This document shows, piece after piece, positions 1-11,626 of a DNA stretch of 64,000 nucleotides. The notes beneath the pieces were generated by a model. It made no database searches. It saw nothing but the letters and a program-made list of their open reading frames with translations, and was not told the origin of the DNA. The DNA is taken from contig NC_086100.1 of NCBI RefSeq assembly GCF_963921235.1, positions 199,642,001-199,706,000 of the forward strand, read 5' to 3'. The position numbers were made by a program, and so were the translations under genes. Every line of letters starts with the position of its first letter. Position 1 is the first letter of the stretch. The stretch comes from Mobula hypostoma. Its lineage: Eukaryota.

Positions 1-973
1 ACCAGCTCCCCCGTCAATCCCCTTCATGCTCTCGGTCTCCGGTGAGCTGCAGCCTCACCGATTCGCCCTTCCCTGATGGGACAACTCTCCCATTCCGAGC
101 TTCGGTCGAGCGACCCATTCCCAGTGTGTGACAGAGACAGGCTCCTCCTTCCTGGGCCGAGAACTCCACACGTGTGGCCCCACCGGTGCTGGGGAGAGGA
201 GGTCTGTACACGAAGAGCTCCCACCCAGCTAGGACTTGGGGGTAGGGGCTTGGGAAAGTGGAGGGTGGTTGGGTAGGGGGAGAACCAGTGGACAGGGAAA
301 GGAGGTCTGGAGGAAGGGGGAGGGGAGGGTATGGAAAGAGTGCGGAAAAGATCAGAATCAGAATCAGGTTTATTATCACCGGAATGTGACATGAAATTTG
401 TTAACTGAGCAGCAGCAGTTCATTGCAAAACATAATATAGAAGAGAAAAAAAACAAAGTAAATCAATTACAGTTTACGTATATTGAATAGATTTTTTAAA
501 AAAACATGCAAAAACAGAAATACTGTATATTAAAAAAGTGAGGTCGTGTCCAAAGATTCAATGTCCATTTAGGAATCGGATGGCAGAGGGGAAGAAGCTG
601 TTCCTGAATCGCTGAGTGTGTGTCTTCAGGGTTCTGTATCTCCTACCTGATGGTAACAGTGAGAAAAGGGCATGGCCTGGGTGCTGGAGGTCCTTAATAA
701 TGGACGCTGCCTTTGTGAGACACTGCTTCGTAAAGATGTCCTGGGTACTTTGTAGGCTAGTAGCCAAGATGGAGCTGTCCAGATTTACAACCCTCTGCAG
801 CTTCTTTCGGTCCTGTGCAGTAGACCCCCCCCCCAACCATACCATACCGGGTGCAGCCTGTCAGATGCTCTCCACGATACATCATTAAAAGTTTTTGAAT
901 CTATTTGTTGACATGCAAAATCTCTTCAAACTCCTAATGAAGTATAGCCACTGTCTTGCCTTCTTTATAACTA

Positions 974-2566
974 CAAACCCCATTTCCAGAAAAGTTCGGA
1001 TATTTTCCAAAATGCAATAAAAACAAAAGTCTGTGATATGTTAATTCACATGAACCTTTATTTAACTGACAAAAGTACAAAGAAAAGATTTTCAATAGTT
1101 TTACTGACCAACTTAATTGTATTTTGTAAACATACACAAATTTAGAATGTGATGGCTGCAACACCCTCAACAAAAGTTGGGACAGAGTTAAAATAAGATT
1201 GAAAAGTGCACAGAATATTCAAGTAACACCGGTTTGGAAGAGTTCACATTAAGCAGGTTAATTGGTAGCAGGTGAGGTATCATGACTGGGTATAAAAGTA
1301 GCGTCCATCAAAGGCTCAGTCTTTGCAAGCAAGGATGGGTCGTGGCTCACCCCCTTGTGCCAAAATTTGCGAGAGAATTGTTAGTCAGTTCAAAAGGAAC
1401 ATTTCTTAACGCAAGATTGCAGAGAATTTAGGTCTTTCAACAACTACAATACATAATATTGTGAAAAGATTCAGAGAATTCAGAGACATCTCAGTGCGTA
1501 AAGGGCAAGGTCGGAAATCACTGTTGAATGCGCGTGATCTTCGAGCCCTCAGGTGGCACTGCCTAAGAAACCATCATGCTACTGTGACAATTATAGCCAC
1601 CTGGGCTCGGGAGTACTTCGGAAAACCACTGTCACTCAACACAGTCCGTCGCTGCATCCAGAAATGCAACTTGAAACTGTATTACGCAAGGAGGAAGCCA
1701 TACATCAACTCTATGCAGAAATGCCGGCGAGTTCTCTGGGCCCGAGCTCATCTCAGGTGGACCGAAAGACTGTGGAACCGTGTGCTGTGGTCAGATGAGC
1801 CCACATTTCAGCTAGTTTTCGGAAAAAAGGGGCGTCGAGTTCTCCGTGCCAAAGATGAAAACGACCATCCAGATTGTTACCAGCAAAAGGTGCAAAAGCC
1901 AGCATCTGTGATGGTATGGGGGTGCATCAGTGCCCACGGCATTGGTGAGTTGCATGTATGTGAAGGTACCATTGACTCTGAGGCGTATATTAGGATTTTA
2001 GAGAGACATATGTTGCCATTAAGGCAACGTCTCTTCCCGGGACGTCCATGCTTATCTCAGCAGGACAATGCCAGACCACATTCTGCACGGGCTACAACAG
2101 CATGGCTTTGTAGACACAGAGTTTGTGTGCTTGACTGGCCTGCTGCCAGTCCAGATCTATTTCCTATCTTTCATCATGAAGTGGAGAATCAGACATCGGA
2201 GACCACGGACTGTTGAGCAGCTGAAGTCTTATATCAAGAAAGAATGGACAAAATTTCCAATTGCAAATCTACTACAATTAGTATCCTCAGTTCCAAAATG
2301 ATTAAAAAGTGTTATTAAAGGAAAAGATGATGTAACACAATGGTAAATATGCCTCTGTCCCAACTTTTGTTGAGGGTGTTGCAGCCATCAAATTCTAAAT
2401 TTGTGTATGTTTACAAAATACAATTAAGTTGGTCGGTAAAACTATTGAAAATCTTTTCTTTGTACTTTTGTCAGTTAAATAAAGGTTCATGTGAATTAAC
2501 ATATCACAGATTTTTGTTTTTATTGCATTTTGGAAAATATCCCAACTTTTCTGGAAATGGGGTTTG
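974..2566 (+). mobile_element. Tc1/mariner DNA transposon with ~214 bp terminal inverted repeats
   Basis: TIRs 974-1187 and 2353-2566 (CAAACCCCATTTCCAGAAAAGTT...); TA duplication at 972-973 and 2567-2568; internal transposase. Confidence 0.96.
1335..2346 (+). pseudogene. Tc1-family DDE transposase, inactivated
   Basis: ATG at 1335 followed by an early TAA; motifs WSDE, VMVWGC, QQDNARPH, WPAASPDL; small deletion/frameshift near 2165 removes the catalytic E (PIE); C-terminus in another frame. Confidence 0.92.
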
Positions 2567-4202
2567 TACATCGATATGTTGGGATCAGGTTAGATCCTCA
2601 GATCTTGAACCCAGAAACTTGAAACTGCTCACTCTCTCCACTTCTGATCCCTCTATGAGGATTGGGCTAAGCACACACACCTGAGGTGCACCAGTGCTGA
2701 TCGTCAGCGAGGAGGATACGTTATCACCAATCCACACAGATTCTGGTCTTCCAGTTAGGAAGTCAAGGATCCAATTGCAGAAGGATGTGGAGAGGCCCAG
2801 GTTCTGTAACTTCTCAATCAGGATTGTGGGAATGATGGTATTAAATTATGAGCTATAGTCAACGAACAGCATCCTGATGTAGGTTTTTGTGTTATCCAGG
2901 TGGTCTAAAGCTGTGTGAAGAGCCAATGAGATTGCATCTACTGTTGGCCTATTGTGGCGATAGACAAATTGCAGTGGGTCCAGGTCCTTGCTGAGGCAAA
3001 AGTTCAGTCTAGTCATGACCAACCTCTCAGAGCATTTCATCACTGTCGATGTGAGTGCTAACGGGTGATAGTCATTAAGACAGCCCACATTATTCTTCTT
3101 AGGCACTGATATAATTGTTGCCTTTTTTAAGAAAGTGGGAACTTCTGCCTGTAGCAGTGAGAGGTTGAAAATGTCCTTGAATACTCCTGCCAGTTGGTTG
3201 GCACAGGTTTTCAGAACCTTACCAGGTACTCCATCAGGACCTACTGCCTTGCGAGGGATCACTCTCTTTAAAGACAGCCTAACATCAGCCTCTAAGCCAG
3301 AGATCACTGGGTCATTAGGTGCAGCAGAGTTTTTCACAGCCGTAATTGTGTTCTCCCTTTCAAAGTGTGCAGTGAAGGCGTTGAGTTCATCTGGTAGTGA
3401 AGCATCGCTGCCATTGATGTTATTGGGTTTTGCTTTGTAGGAAGTAATGTCTTGCAAACCCTTCCAGAGTTGCCTTGCATCCGATGTTGCCTCCCATCTC
3501 GTTTGAGGTTCTCTTCACCATTGATGTAGCCCTCCATAAATCGTACCTGGTTTTCTGGTACAGGCCTGGGTCACAACTTGAATGCCACAGATCTGGCCTT
3601 CAGCAGATGACACACCTCCTGGTTCATCCACGGCTTTTGGTTTGGGAATGTACAGTAAGTCTTTGTGGGTACACTCTCATCCACACAGGTTTGAATGAAG
3701 TCGATAACAACTGCAGCATACTCATCCAGATTCAAAGCTGAATCCTGAATACAGTCTAGTCCACTGGATCAAAGCAGTCCGGTAGGTGCTCCTGTGCTTC
3801 TCTTGTCAAATACCTTCTTGTTGCTCAAGTCAAGTCACTTTTTATTGTCATTTTGACCATAACTGCTGGTGCAGTGCACAGTAAAAATGATACAACATTT
3901 TTCAGGACCATGGTGCTACATGAAACAATACAAAAACTACACTGAACTACGTCAAACAACACAAAAACTACACTAGGCTACAGACCTATCCAGGACTGCA
4001 TAAAGTGCACAAAACAGTGCAGGCATTACAATAAATAATAAACAAGACAATAGGCAGAGTAGAGGGCAGTAAGTTGGTTTCAGTCCAAGATCTGGGTATT
4101 GAGGAGTCTGATGGCTTGGGGGAAGAAACTGTTACATACTCTGGTCCTGAGAGCCCGAATGCTTCGGTGCCTTTTTCCAGATGGCAAGAGGAAGAAGAGT
4201 TG

Positions 4203-7200
4203 GAACATAGAACATAGAATAGTACAGCACAGTACAGGCCCTTCAGCCCACAATGTTGTGCCGACCCTCAAACCCTGCCTCCCATATAAGCCGCCACCTT
4301 AAAATCCTCCATACACCTGTCTAGTGGTCTCTTAAACTTCACTAGTGTTGAACTTCCCACCCCTTACCTTAAAGCCATGTCCTCCTGTATTGAGCAGTGG
4401 TGCCCTGGGGAAGAGGCGCTGGCTATCCACTCTATCTATTCCTCTTATTATCTTGTACACCTCTATCAGGTCTCCTCTCATCCTCCTTCTCTCCAAAGAG
4501 TAAAGCCCTAGCCCCCTTAATCTCTGATCATACTGCATACTTTCTAAACCAGGCAGCATCCTGGTAAATCTCCTCTGTACCCTTTCCAATGCTTCCACAT
4601 CCTTCCACATCCTTCCTATAGTGAGGTGACCAGAACTGGACACAGTACTCCAAGTCTGGCCTAACCAGAGTTTTATAGAGCTGCATCATCACATCGCGCC
4701 TCTTAAACACTATTCCTCGACTTATGAAAGCCAACACCCCATAAGCTTTCTTAACTACCCTATCCACCTGTGAGGCAACTTTCAAGGTCTGTGGATATCT
4801 ACCCCCAGATCCCTCTGCTCCTCCACACTACCAAGTATCCTGCCATTTACTTTGTACTCTGCCTTGGAGTTTGTCCATCCAAAGTGTACCACCTCATACT
4901 TCACCGGGTTGAACTCCATCTGCCACTTCTCAGCCCACTTCTGCATCCTATCAATGTCTCTCTGCGATCTTTGACAATCCTCTACACTATCTACAACACC
5001 ACCAACATTTGTGTCATCTGCAAACTTGCCAACCCACCCTTCTACCCCCACATCCAGGTCGTTAATAAAAATCATGAAAAGTAGAGGTCCCAGAACAGAT
5101 CCTTGTGGGATACCACTAGTCACAATCCTCCAATCTGAATGTACTCCCTCCACCACCACCCTCTGCCTTTTGCAGGCAAGCCAATTCTGAATCCACCTGG
5201 CCAAACTTCCCTGGATCCCATGCCTTCTAAATTTCTGAATAAGCCTACCGTGTGGAACCTTGTCAAATGCCTTACTAAAATCCATATAGATCACATCCAC
5301 TGCGCTACCCTCATCTATATGCCTGGTCACCTCCTCAAAGAACTCTGTCAGGCTTGTTAGACATGATCTGCCTTTCACAAAGCCATGTTGACTGTCCCTG
5401 ATCAGGCCATGATTTTCTAAATGCCTATAGATGCTATCTCTAAGACTCTTTTCCAACAGCTTTCCCACCACAGACATAAGGCTCACTGGTCTATAATTAC
5501 TCGGACTATCCCTACTACCTTTTTGAACAAGGGGACAACATTTGCCTTCCTCCAATCCTCCGGTACCATTCCCGTAGACAACGAGGACATAAAGATCCTA
5601 GCCAGAGGCTCAGCAATCTCCTGTCTCGCCTCGTGGAGCAGCCTGGGGAATATTCCGTCAGGCCCCGCGGACTTATCTATCCTAATGTATTTTAACAACT
5701 GCAACACCTCCTCTCCCTTAATATTAACATGCTCCAGAATATCAACCTCACTCATATTGTCCTCACCATCATCAAGTTCCCTCTCATTGGCGAATACCGA
5801 AGAGAGGTATTCATTGAGGACCTTGCTCACTTCCACAGCATCCAGGCACATCTTCCCACCTTTATCTCTAATCGGTCCTATCTTCACTCCTGTCATCCCT
5901 TTTTTCTTCACATAATTGAAGAATGCCTTGGGGTTTTCCTTTACCCTACTCGCTAAGGCCTTCTCATGCCCCCTTCTTGCTCTTCTCAGCCCCTTCTTAA
6001 GCTCCTTTCTTGCTTCCCGATATTCCTCAATAGACCCATCTGATCCTTGCTTCCTAAACCTCATGTATGCTGCCTTCTTCCACCTGACTAGATTTTCCAC
6101 CTCACTTGTCACCCATGGTTCCTTCACCCTACCATTCTTTATCTTCCTCACCGGGACAAATTTATCCCTTACATCCCGCAAGAGATCTCTAAACATCGAC
6201 CACATGTCCATAGTACATTTCCCTGCAAAAACATCATCCCAATTCACACCCACAAGTTCTAGCCTTATAGCCTCATAATTTGCCTTTCCCCAATTAAAAA
6301 TTTTCCTGTCCTCTTTGATTCTATCCTTTTCCATGATAATTATAAAGGCCAGAGAGTGGTGGTCACTGTCCCCCAGATGCTCACCCACTGAGAGATCTGT
6401 GACCTGACCCGGTTCATTACCTAGTACTAGATCTAGTATGGCATTCCCCCTGGTCAGCCTGTCCACATACTGTGACAGGAATCCATCCTGGACACACTTA
6501 ACAAACTCTGCCCCATCTAAACCCTTGGAACTAATCAGTTGCCAATCAATATTAGGGAAGTTAAAGTCACCCATGATAACAACCCTGTTATTTTTGTACC
6601 TTTCCAAAATCTGCCTCCCAATCTGCTCCTCGGTGTCTCTGCACTACCAGGGGGCCTAAAGAATACCCCCAATACAGTAACCGCTCACTTCTTGTTCCTG
6701 ACTTCCACCCATATTGACTCAAAAGAGGATCCTGCTACATTACCCACCCTTTCTGTAGCTGTAATAGTATCCCTGACCAGTAATGCCACCCCTCCTCCCC
6801 TTTTTCCGCCCTCTCTATCCCTTTTAAAGCACTGAAATCCAGGAATATTGAGAATCCATTCCTGCCCTGGTGCCAGCCAAGTCTCTGTAATGGCCACTAC
6901 ATCATAATTCCATGTATGTATCCAAGCTCTCAGTTCATCACCTTTGCTCCTGATGCTTCTTGCATTGAGGTACACACATTTCAGCCCTTCTATCTTACTG
7001 TCTTTACACCGTTTATTCTGCTTCTCTTTTCTCAAAGCCTCTCTGTATGTTAGATCTGGCTTTACTCCATACACTTCTTTCACTGCTCTATTGCTCCAGG
7101 TCCCATCCCCCTCGCAAATTAGTTTAAACCCTCTCGAACCATGCTAGCAAACCTTCCTGCAAGGATATTGCTCCCCCTCGAGTTCAGGTGCAACCCATCC

Positions 7201-8163
7201 AATCTGTACAGGTCCCACCTTCTCCAGAAGAGATCCCAATGATCTAAAAATCTAAAACCCTGCTCCCTGCACCAACTCCTCAGCCACGCATTCAACTGCC
7301 ATCTCCTCCAATTCTTACCATCACTGTCACATAGCACTGGCAGCAATCCTGAGAACACCACCCTTGAGGTTCTGTTCTTCAGCCTTCTGCCTAGTTCCCA
7401 AAACTCACACTTCAGGACCTCATCCCTCTTCCTGCCTATGTCGTTGGTCCCAACATGTATCATGACTTCTGGTTGCTTTCCCTCTCGTACCAGGATGTCG
7501 TGCACCCAGTCAGAGACATCCCGGACCCTGGCACCCAGGAGGCAACAAACCATGGGGGTGTCCTTCTCACGTCCACAAAATCTCCTGTCTGCTCCCCTGA
7601 CTATAGAGTCTCCAATGACAACAGCTCTCCTCTTCTCCGTCCCATCCTTCTGCACCACAGGGTCAGACTCAGTGCCGGAGGCCCTGCCACCATGGCTCAC
7701 ACCTGGTCGGTCACCCCCGCTAACAGTATCCAGGACGGTGAACTTATTATTCAGGGGAATGGCTACAGGGGTGCTCTGCACTACCTGTCTGCTCACCTTC
7801 GCTTTCCCCCATCTGACTGTCACCCAACGACCTGCTTCCGACAGCCTATGTGTGACTACCTTCCTGTAGCTCTCATCTATGACTGCCTCATTCTCCCTTA
7901 TGAGTCGACGGTCATCCAGCTGCTGCTCCAGATTCCTTACACGGTCTTCCAGATCGCCCAGCCGTATGCACTTCTGGCAGGTGTGACTCTGCGGGAGAGG
8001 GGCGTTCCCCCAACACTGCCACATCTCACATAAGAGGCACATCACCGTCTCAGGAGACATTGTAAAAATTAACAGCGAGCTAGCTCGTCCTCCGCCTCTT
8101 CTCGTCGAAGCCTCTGGAGTCAAAGCCTCAAAGCTCCACTACTTCACTGGCCCACTCACGCAC
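4203..8163 (-). mobile_element. Near full-length CR1 LINE (same family as 52474-56645); ORF2 frameshifted
   Basis: ORF1 esterase; APE (YLNARSI, AITETW, GDFNFP, SDH); RT ([21 protein letters not shown]); (CTATGTT)n tail. Confidence 0.95.
7119..8060 (-). CDS. CR1 ORF1p (zinc finger, coiled coil, SGNH/GDSL esterase)
   Basis: CxxC..CxxC, heptad repeat, GDS, GTND and DGLHLN motifs; open frame from ATG at 8060. Confidence 0.88.
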   Translation of the reverse strand: MSPETVMCLLCEMWQCWGNAPLPQSHTCQKCIRLGDLEDRVRNLEQQLDDRRLIRENEAVIDESYRKVVTHRLSEAGRWVTVRWGKAKVSRQVVQSTPVAIPLNNKFTVLDTVSGGDRPGVSHGGRASGTESDPVVQKDGTEKRRAVVIGDSIVRGADRRFCGREKDTPMVCCLLGARVRDVSDWVHDILVREGKQPEVMIHVGTNDIGRKRDEVLKCEFWELGRRLKNRTSRVVFSGLLPVLCDSDGKNWRRWQLNAWLRSWCREQGFRFLDHWDLFWRRWDLYRLDGLHLNSRGSNILAGRFASMVREGLN

Positions 8164-8629
8164 TTGTATGAGGGGTGTGTGGGGTCCTTCATAATGCTGT
8201 TTGCTTTGCGGATGCAGCGTGTGGTGTAAATGTCTGTAATGGCGGGAAGACAGACCCCGATGATCTTCTCAGCTGACCTTACTTTCCGCTGCCAGGTCTT
8301 GCGATCCGAGATGGTGCAATTTCCGAACCAGGCCGTGATGCAGCTGCTCAGGATGCTCTCAATACAACCTCTGTAGAATGTGGTGAGGATTGGGGGTGGG
8401 AGATGGACTTTTCTCAGCCTTCACAGAAAGTAGAGACGCTGCTAGGCGTTCTTTGCTACGGAGCTGGTGTTGAGGGACCAGGTGAGATTCTCCACCAGAC
8501 GAACACCAAGAAATTTGGTGCTCATAACGATCTCTGCGGAGGAGTCGTCGATGTTCAGTGGAGAGTGGTCGCTTCGTGTCCTCCTGAAGTACTGGTGCTA
8601 CAGTCTTCAGTCTCTGCCTATTCTCAGGG

Positions 8630-8825
8630 TTCGCTCCCGAATACGCTTTCCATCCGTGCCGGGTTGAGTGTTGAGCTCGCAACTCAACCTCGTAAAATAA
8701 AGCAAAATACTGCGAAATGTCTGTGTGAGGAGAGGCGCCCCACACAGTCTCTCGTACCACACCTTGTAAGGCATGAAAATAGCCAACGCTGTCCTCTCAG
8801 GCCTGAGTTGACATCATCATCATCA
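8630..8825 (+). mobile_element. Short 5'-truncated SINE-like retroposon with (CAT)n tail
   Basis: Absent from the paralogous LINE near 22405; 11-bp TSD TATTCTCAGGG (8619-8629) / TATACTCAGGG (8826-8836). Confidence 0.75.
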
Positions 8826-9742
8826 TATACTCAGGGAGCAGAAGTACAGCCAGGTGATGATCAGACTTCCCGAAGTGAGGGCGTGGAACAGCACGGTAGG
8901 CATTCTTGATGGTGGTGTAGCAATGGTCCAGTGCGGCGTTTCCTCTGGAATTGAAAGTGATTTGCTTAGTGATTTTTTTCAGGCTGGCCTGGTTAAAATC
9001 CCCCATAACGATGGTGAAGGCGTTAGGGCGCGCTGTTTCATGCATGTTGATCCCATTGCTCAGATCATCTAAAGCCTGATTGACATTGACCTGAGGTGGA
9101 ATGTAAACTGCTACCAAAATGATCCTAGAGATCTCCTGTGGTAGGTAAAAAGGACGGCACTTTACTGCTAGATATTCCAGGTCTGGTGAGCAGAATTGTG
9201 ACAGCACTGATATATTTGTGCACCAAGAAGACCTGATCATGAAGCATACTCCTCTACTTCTACTTTTGAGAGACTCTGTAGATCTATCCTGACGGTGCAT
9301 AGTAAACCCGTAGATCTGAATCACTGCATCCGGTACGGAAGGGGTTAACCAGGATTCCCTGACACAAAGGACACACGCGGTCCTCACGTCCCTCTGATTC
9401 AGCACCCTGGCTCTGAGATCATCGATTTTATTCACCAGAGACTGCACGTTTGCCAGCAAGATCGTTGGTATACGGAGTTTAAATCCCCGTTTCCTCAAAC
9501 GCACTTGTAACCCGGCTCTGCACTTGCGCTTCCTCCGTGGTGTCCTACATGGGCGCTTCTGATCACAATCGGTGTTGTTTCCATCAGTTTTGAGCAGCGA
9601 TAGTTCCTTTAAACACATCGAGACATCTTTGTTGACTGTACTGTCCTTGGAAGCAGTTGTGTTTTTTAGCTGTACCGTATCAGGCTGAAACGGGAATATT
9701 TAATCGTATCCATCGAGTGTTCGCCATGACGCCCCGGAAGAT

Positions 9743-10190
9743 TTACCAGGATGTTGCCTGCACCAGGGACCAGGGGGCCTGAGTTACAAGGAGAGGTTGT
9801 GTGGAAAGGATTTTATTTCTGGAACGTAGGGAATTGAGGGGTGACCTGAATGAAGTAAATGAATCAGAACGGACACAGACAGGGTGAAAGCACATATATT
9901 CCTGTGGGAGGAAGTGTTTAAAACAAAAAGGGCACAGGTTTGAGATCAGAGGGGAGAGATTTAAAAGGGTCAGTGGGTCAGCTTCTTCACACAGAGAGTG
10001 TTGAATATTTGGAATGAGCTGCCAGATACAGTAGTTGAGCCGGGCACTTCAGCAACATTTAAAAGCCATCTAGATATGTACATGGATTGGAGAGGTTCAG
10101 AGGGCTATGGGCCAAGTACAGGCAGATGAGACCAGCACAGTCAGCATGGATCAGATGGGCCGAATGGCCTTTCTCCCTGCTGGATTTCGC
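9743..10190 (+). mobile_element. Old CR1 3'-end remnant (paralogues 21166-21500, 26834-27281, 38258-38592, 44370-44880)
   Basis: Degenerate RFTRMLP..LSYKERL..FFTQRV..WNELP coding remnant and CR1-type 3' UTR. Confidence 0.7.
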
Positions 10191-10366
10191 CAGTGACTCT
10201 GGAAGGTCAATGGACTGCGGAACATAGTGACAACAACTTCAGGGAGCTGGGACAGATATGTTACGTACCCTGTAACGGGTTATAGAAGCAGCAGAAATGG
10301 AAAACACCTTTAGTCTGGTATTGCTTTTAACTAATGCTATTTTTATTACTAACTACATAATACAGT

Positions 10367-10655
10367 GGGCACGTGGCCAAGTGGTTAAGGCATTGGACTA
10401 GCGACCTGATGGTCGTGAGTTCGAGCCCCAGCCAAGGCAACGTGTTGTGTCCTTGAGCAAGGCACTTAATCACACATTGCTCTGTGACGACTCTGGTGCC
10501 AAGCTGTATGGGTCCTAGTGCCCTTCTCTTGGGCAACATCGGTCGCATGGAGAGGGGAGACTTGCAGCATGGGCAACTGCTGATCTTCCATACAACCTTG
10601 GCCAGGCCTGCGCCCTGCAGATCCATGGTCTCGCAAGACTAACGGATGCCTTTAA
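10367..10655 (+). mobile_element. tRNA-derived SINE with CORE/Meta-like central domain
   Basis: A box TGGCCAAGTGG, B box GTTCGAGCC, then GTGTCCTTGAGCAAGGCACTTAA; AT-rich tail. Confidence 0.85.
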
Positions 10656-11626
10656 TTAATTTAACATATATATAACCAGCTAAATCAAACAGGTTAGCAG
10701 TGTTATGTGTATATATGTATGCAAATCTAACTCCCAAACTATTGAGCTTGGGAGAAACAAGGCTTAGAGTCTTGAGATGGTAAAGTATGAAAGTTCAGTT
10801 CATCCATGGAATAGGTGATAAGATATTTGTAATCCAGGGTAAATGTCGAGAGAAGGCAATTACATCGATATTCCACAGATTCCACAACAGCAATACAAAA
10901 TAACAATAGTAGTAGGATTTATCTCCGAAGTTGTTCCACTCCACACATGAAATATCACCGACAGTGATCTTCAACGAATAGCCTTTCAACACAAGTGGTA
11001 CCACACCCGAATTCAGCTCCAGGTCATCCCAAAGTGGTGGCCACAGGATACTCCAACAGAATTCACGTATGGATTATCACCAACAGTAGCTTATCACTGA
11101 GGTACCACCCTCAAGTTGTAAAACTACCAACCCAGGCATGGATTATCACACACAGGTAGTTTCAACACAAGGTTACCCCAAACACACAACGTGATAGCCA
11201 TTTATCCAGTTCCACGACATACGAAATAACTCCAACAGTGATTTGCCACAGGGGTGCCTTTTTTCAGTGAACTACCACACCCAAACAAGGGTAACACACA
11301 AGTGGTATTCACAAAGGTACTCCCCTCACCAGAGAACCCACTGCTGTTGATTAACTACGTGACAGTCACACTTTCATATTCGAATAGAACTCAAACTCAC
11401 CCTTACGGGCTACAGAGCAGAGAGTCCAAACAGTGACCTCTTTGTCACTAGGTTTCTTCTGTTTCAAACTTTCCTCTCCCCTCTGCAAACTTCTAGTTGC
11501 AGAAAACTTGTGAGAGTCATTTATCAATACTCAGGATCGATCTCACCTTACCCGTTTTGGGCTACTGAAAGTTTAAACCAGGACCTCACTCACTGGTGTC
11601 TTTTATTGATCGAATCCATCTTGACT

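Larger units (their letters stand above)
3826..8591 (-). mobile_element. 5'-truncated Rex1/Babar-like LINE (family B), split by a CR1 (parts 3826-4202 and 8164-8591)
   Basis: LFFLLPSGKRHRSIRALRTRVCNSFFPQAIRLLN C-terminus, (GACTT)n tail, RT-like sequence resumes at 8164. Confidence 0.8.
353..9737 (-). mobile_element. Rex1/Babar-clade LINE (family A), full length, decayed and interrupted by nested Tc1, Rex1-like, CR1 and SINE insertions
   Basis: APE N-terminus (IPTILLANVQSLVNKIDDL, 8797-9618), RT fragment (2846-3457), C-terminal LFSLLPSGRRYR..FRNSFFPSAIRFLN (558-845), AATAAA plus (CTGATT)n tail; AAGAT repeated at 348-352 and 9738-9742 as candidate TSD. Confidence 0.88.

Noticed and set aside
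14..392. 121/122-aa ORFs, one with an apparent signal peptide (also 24526-24904 and 41619-41997)
   Set aside because: The N-terminus is translated from the Rex1 (CTGATT)n tail and pyrimidine tract; at most the inner part may be an exon.
10367..10440. tRNA gene
   Set aside because: Poor anticodon and acceptor stems, no T-run terminator, and it continues into a SINE core and tail.
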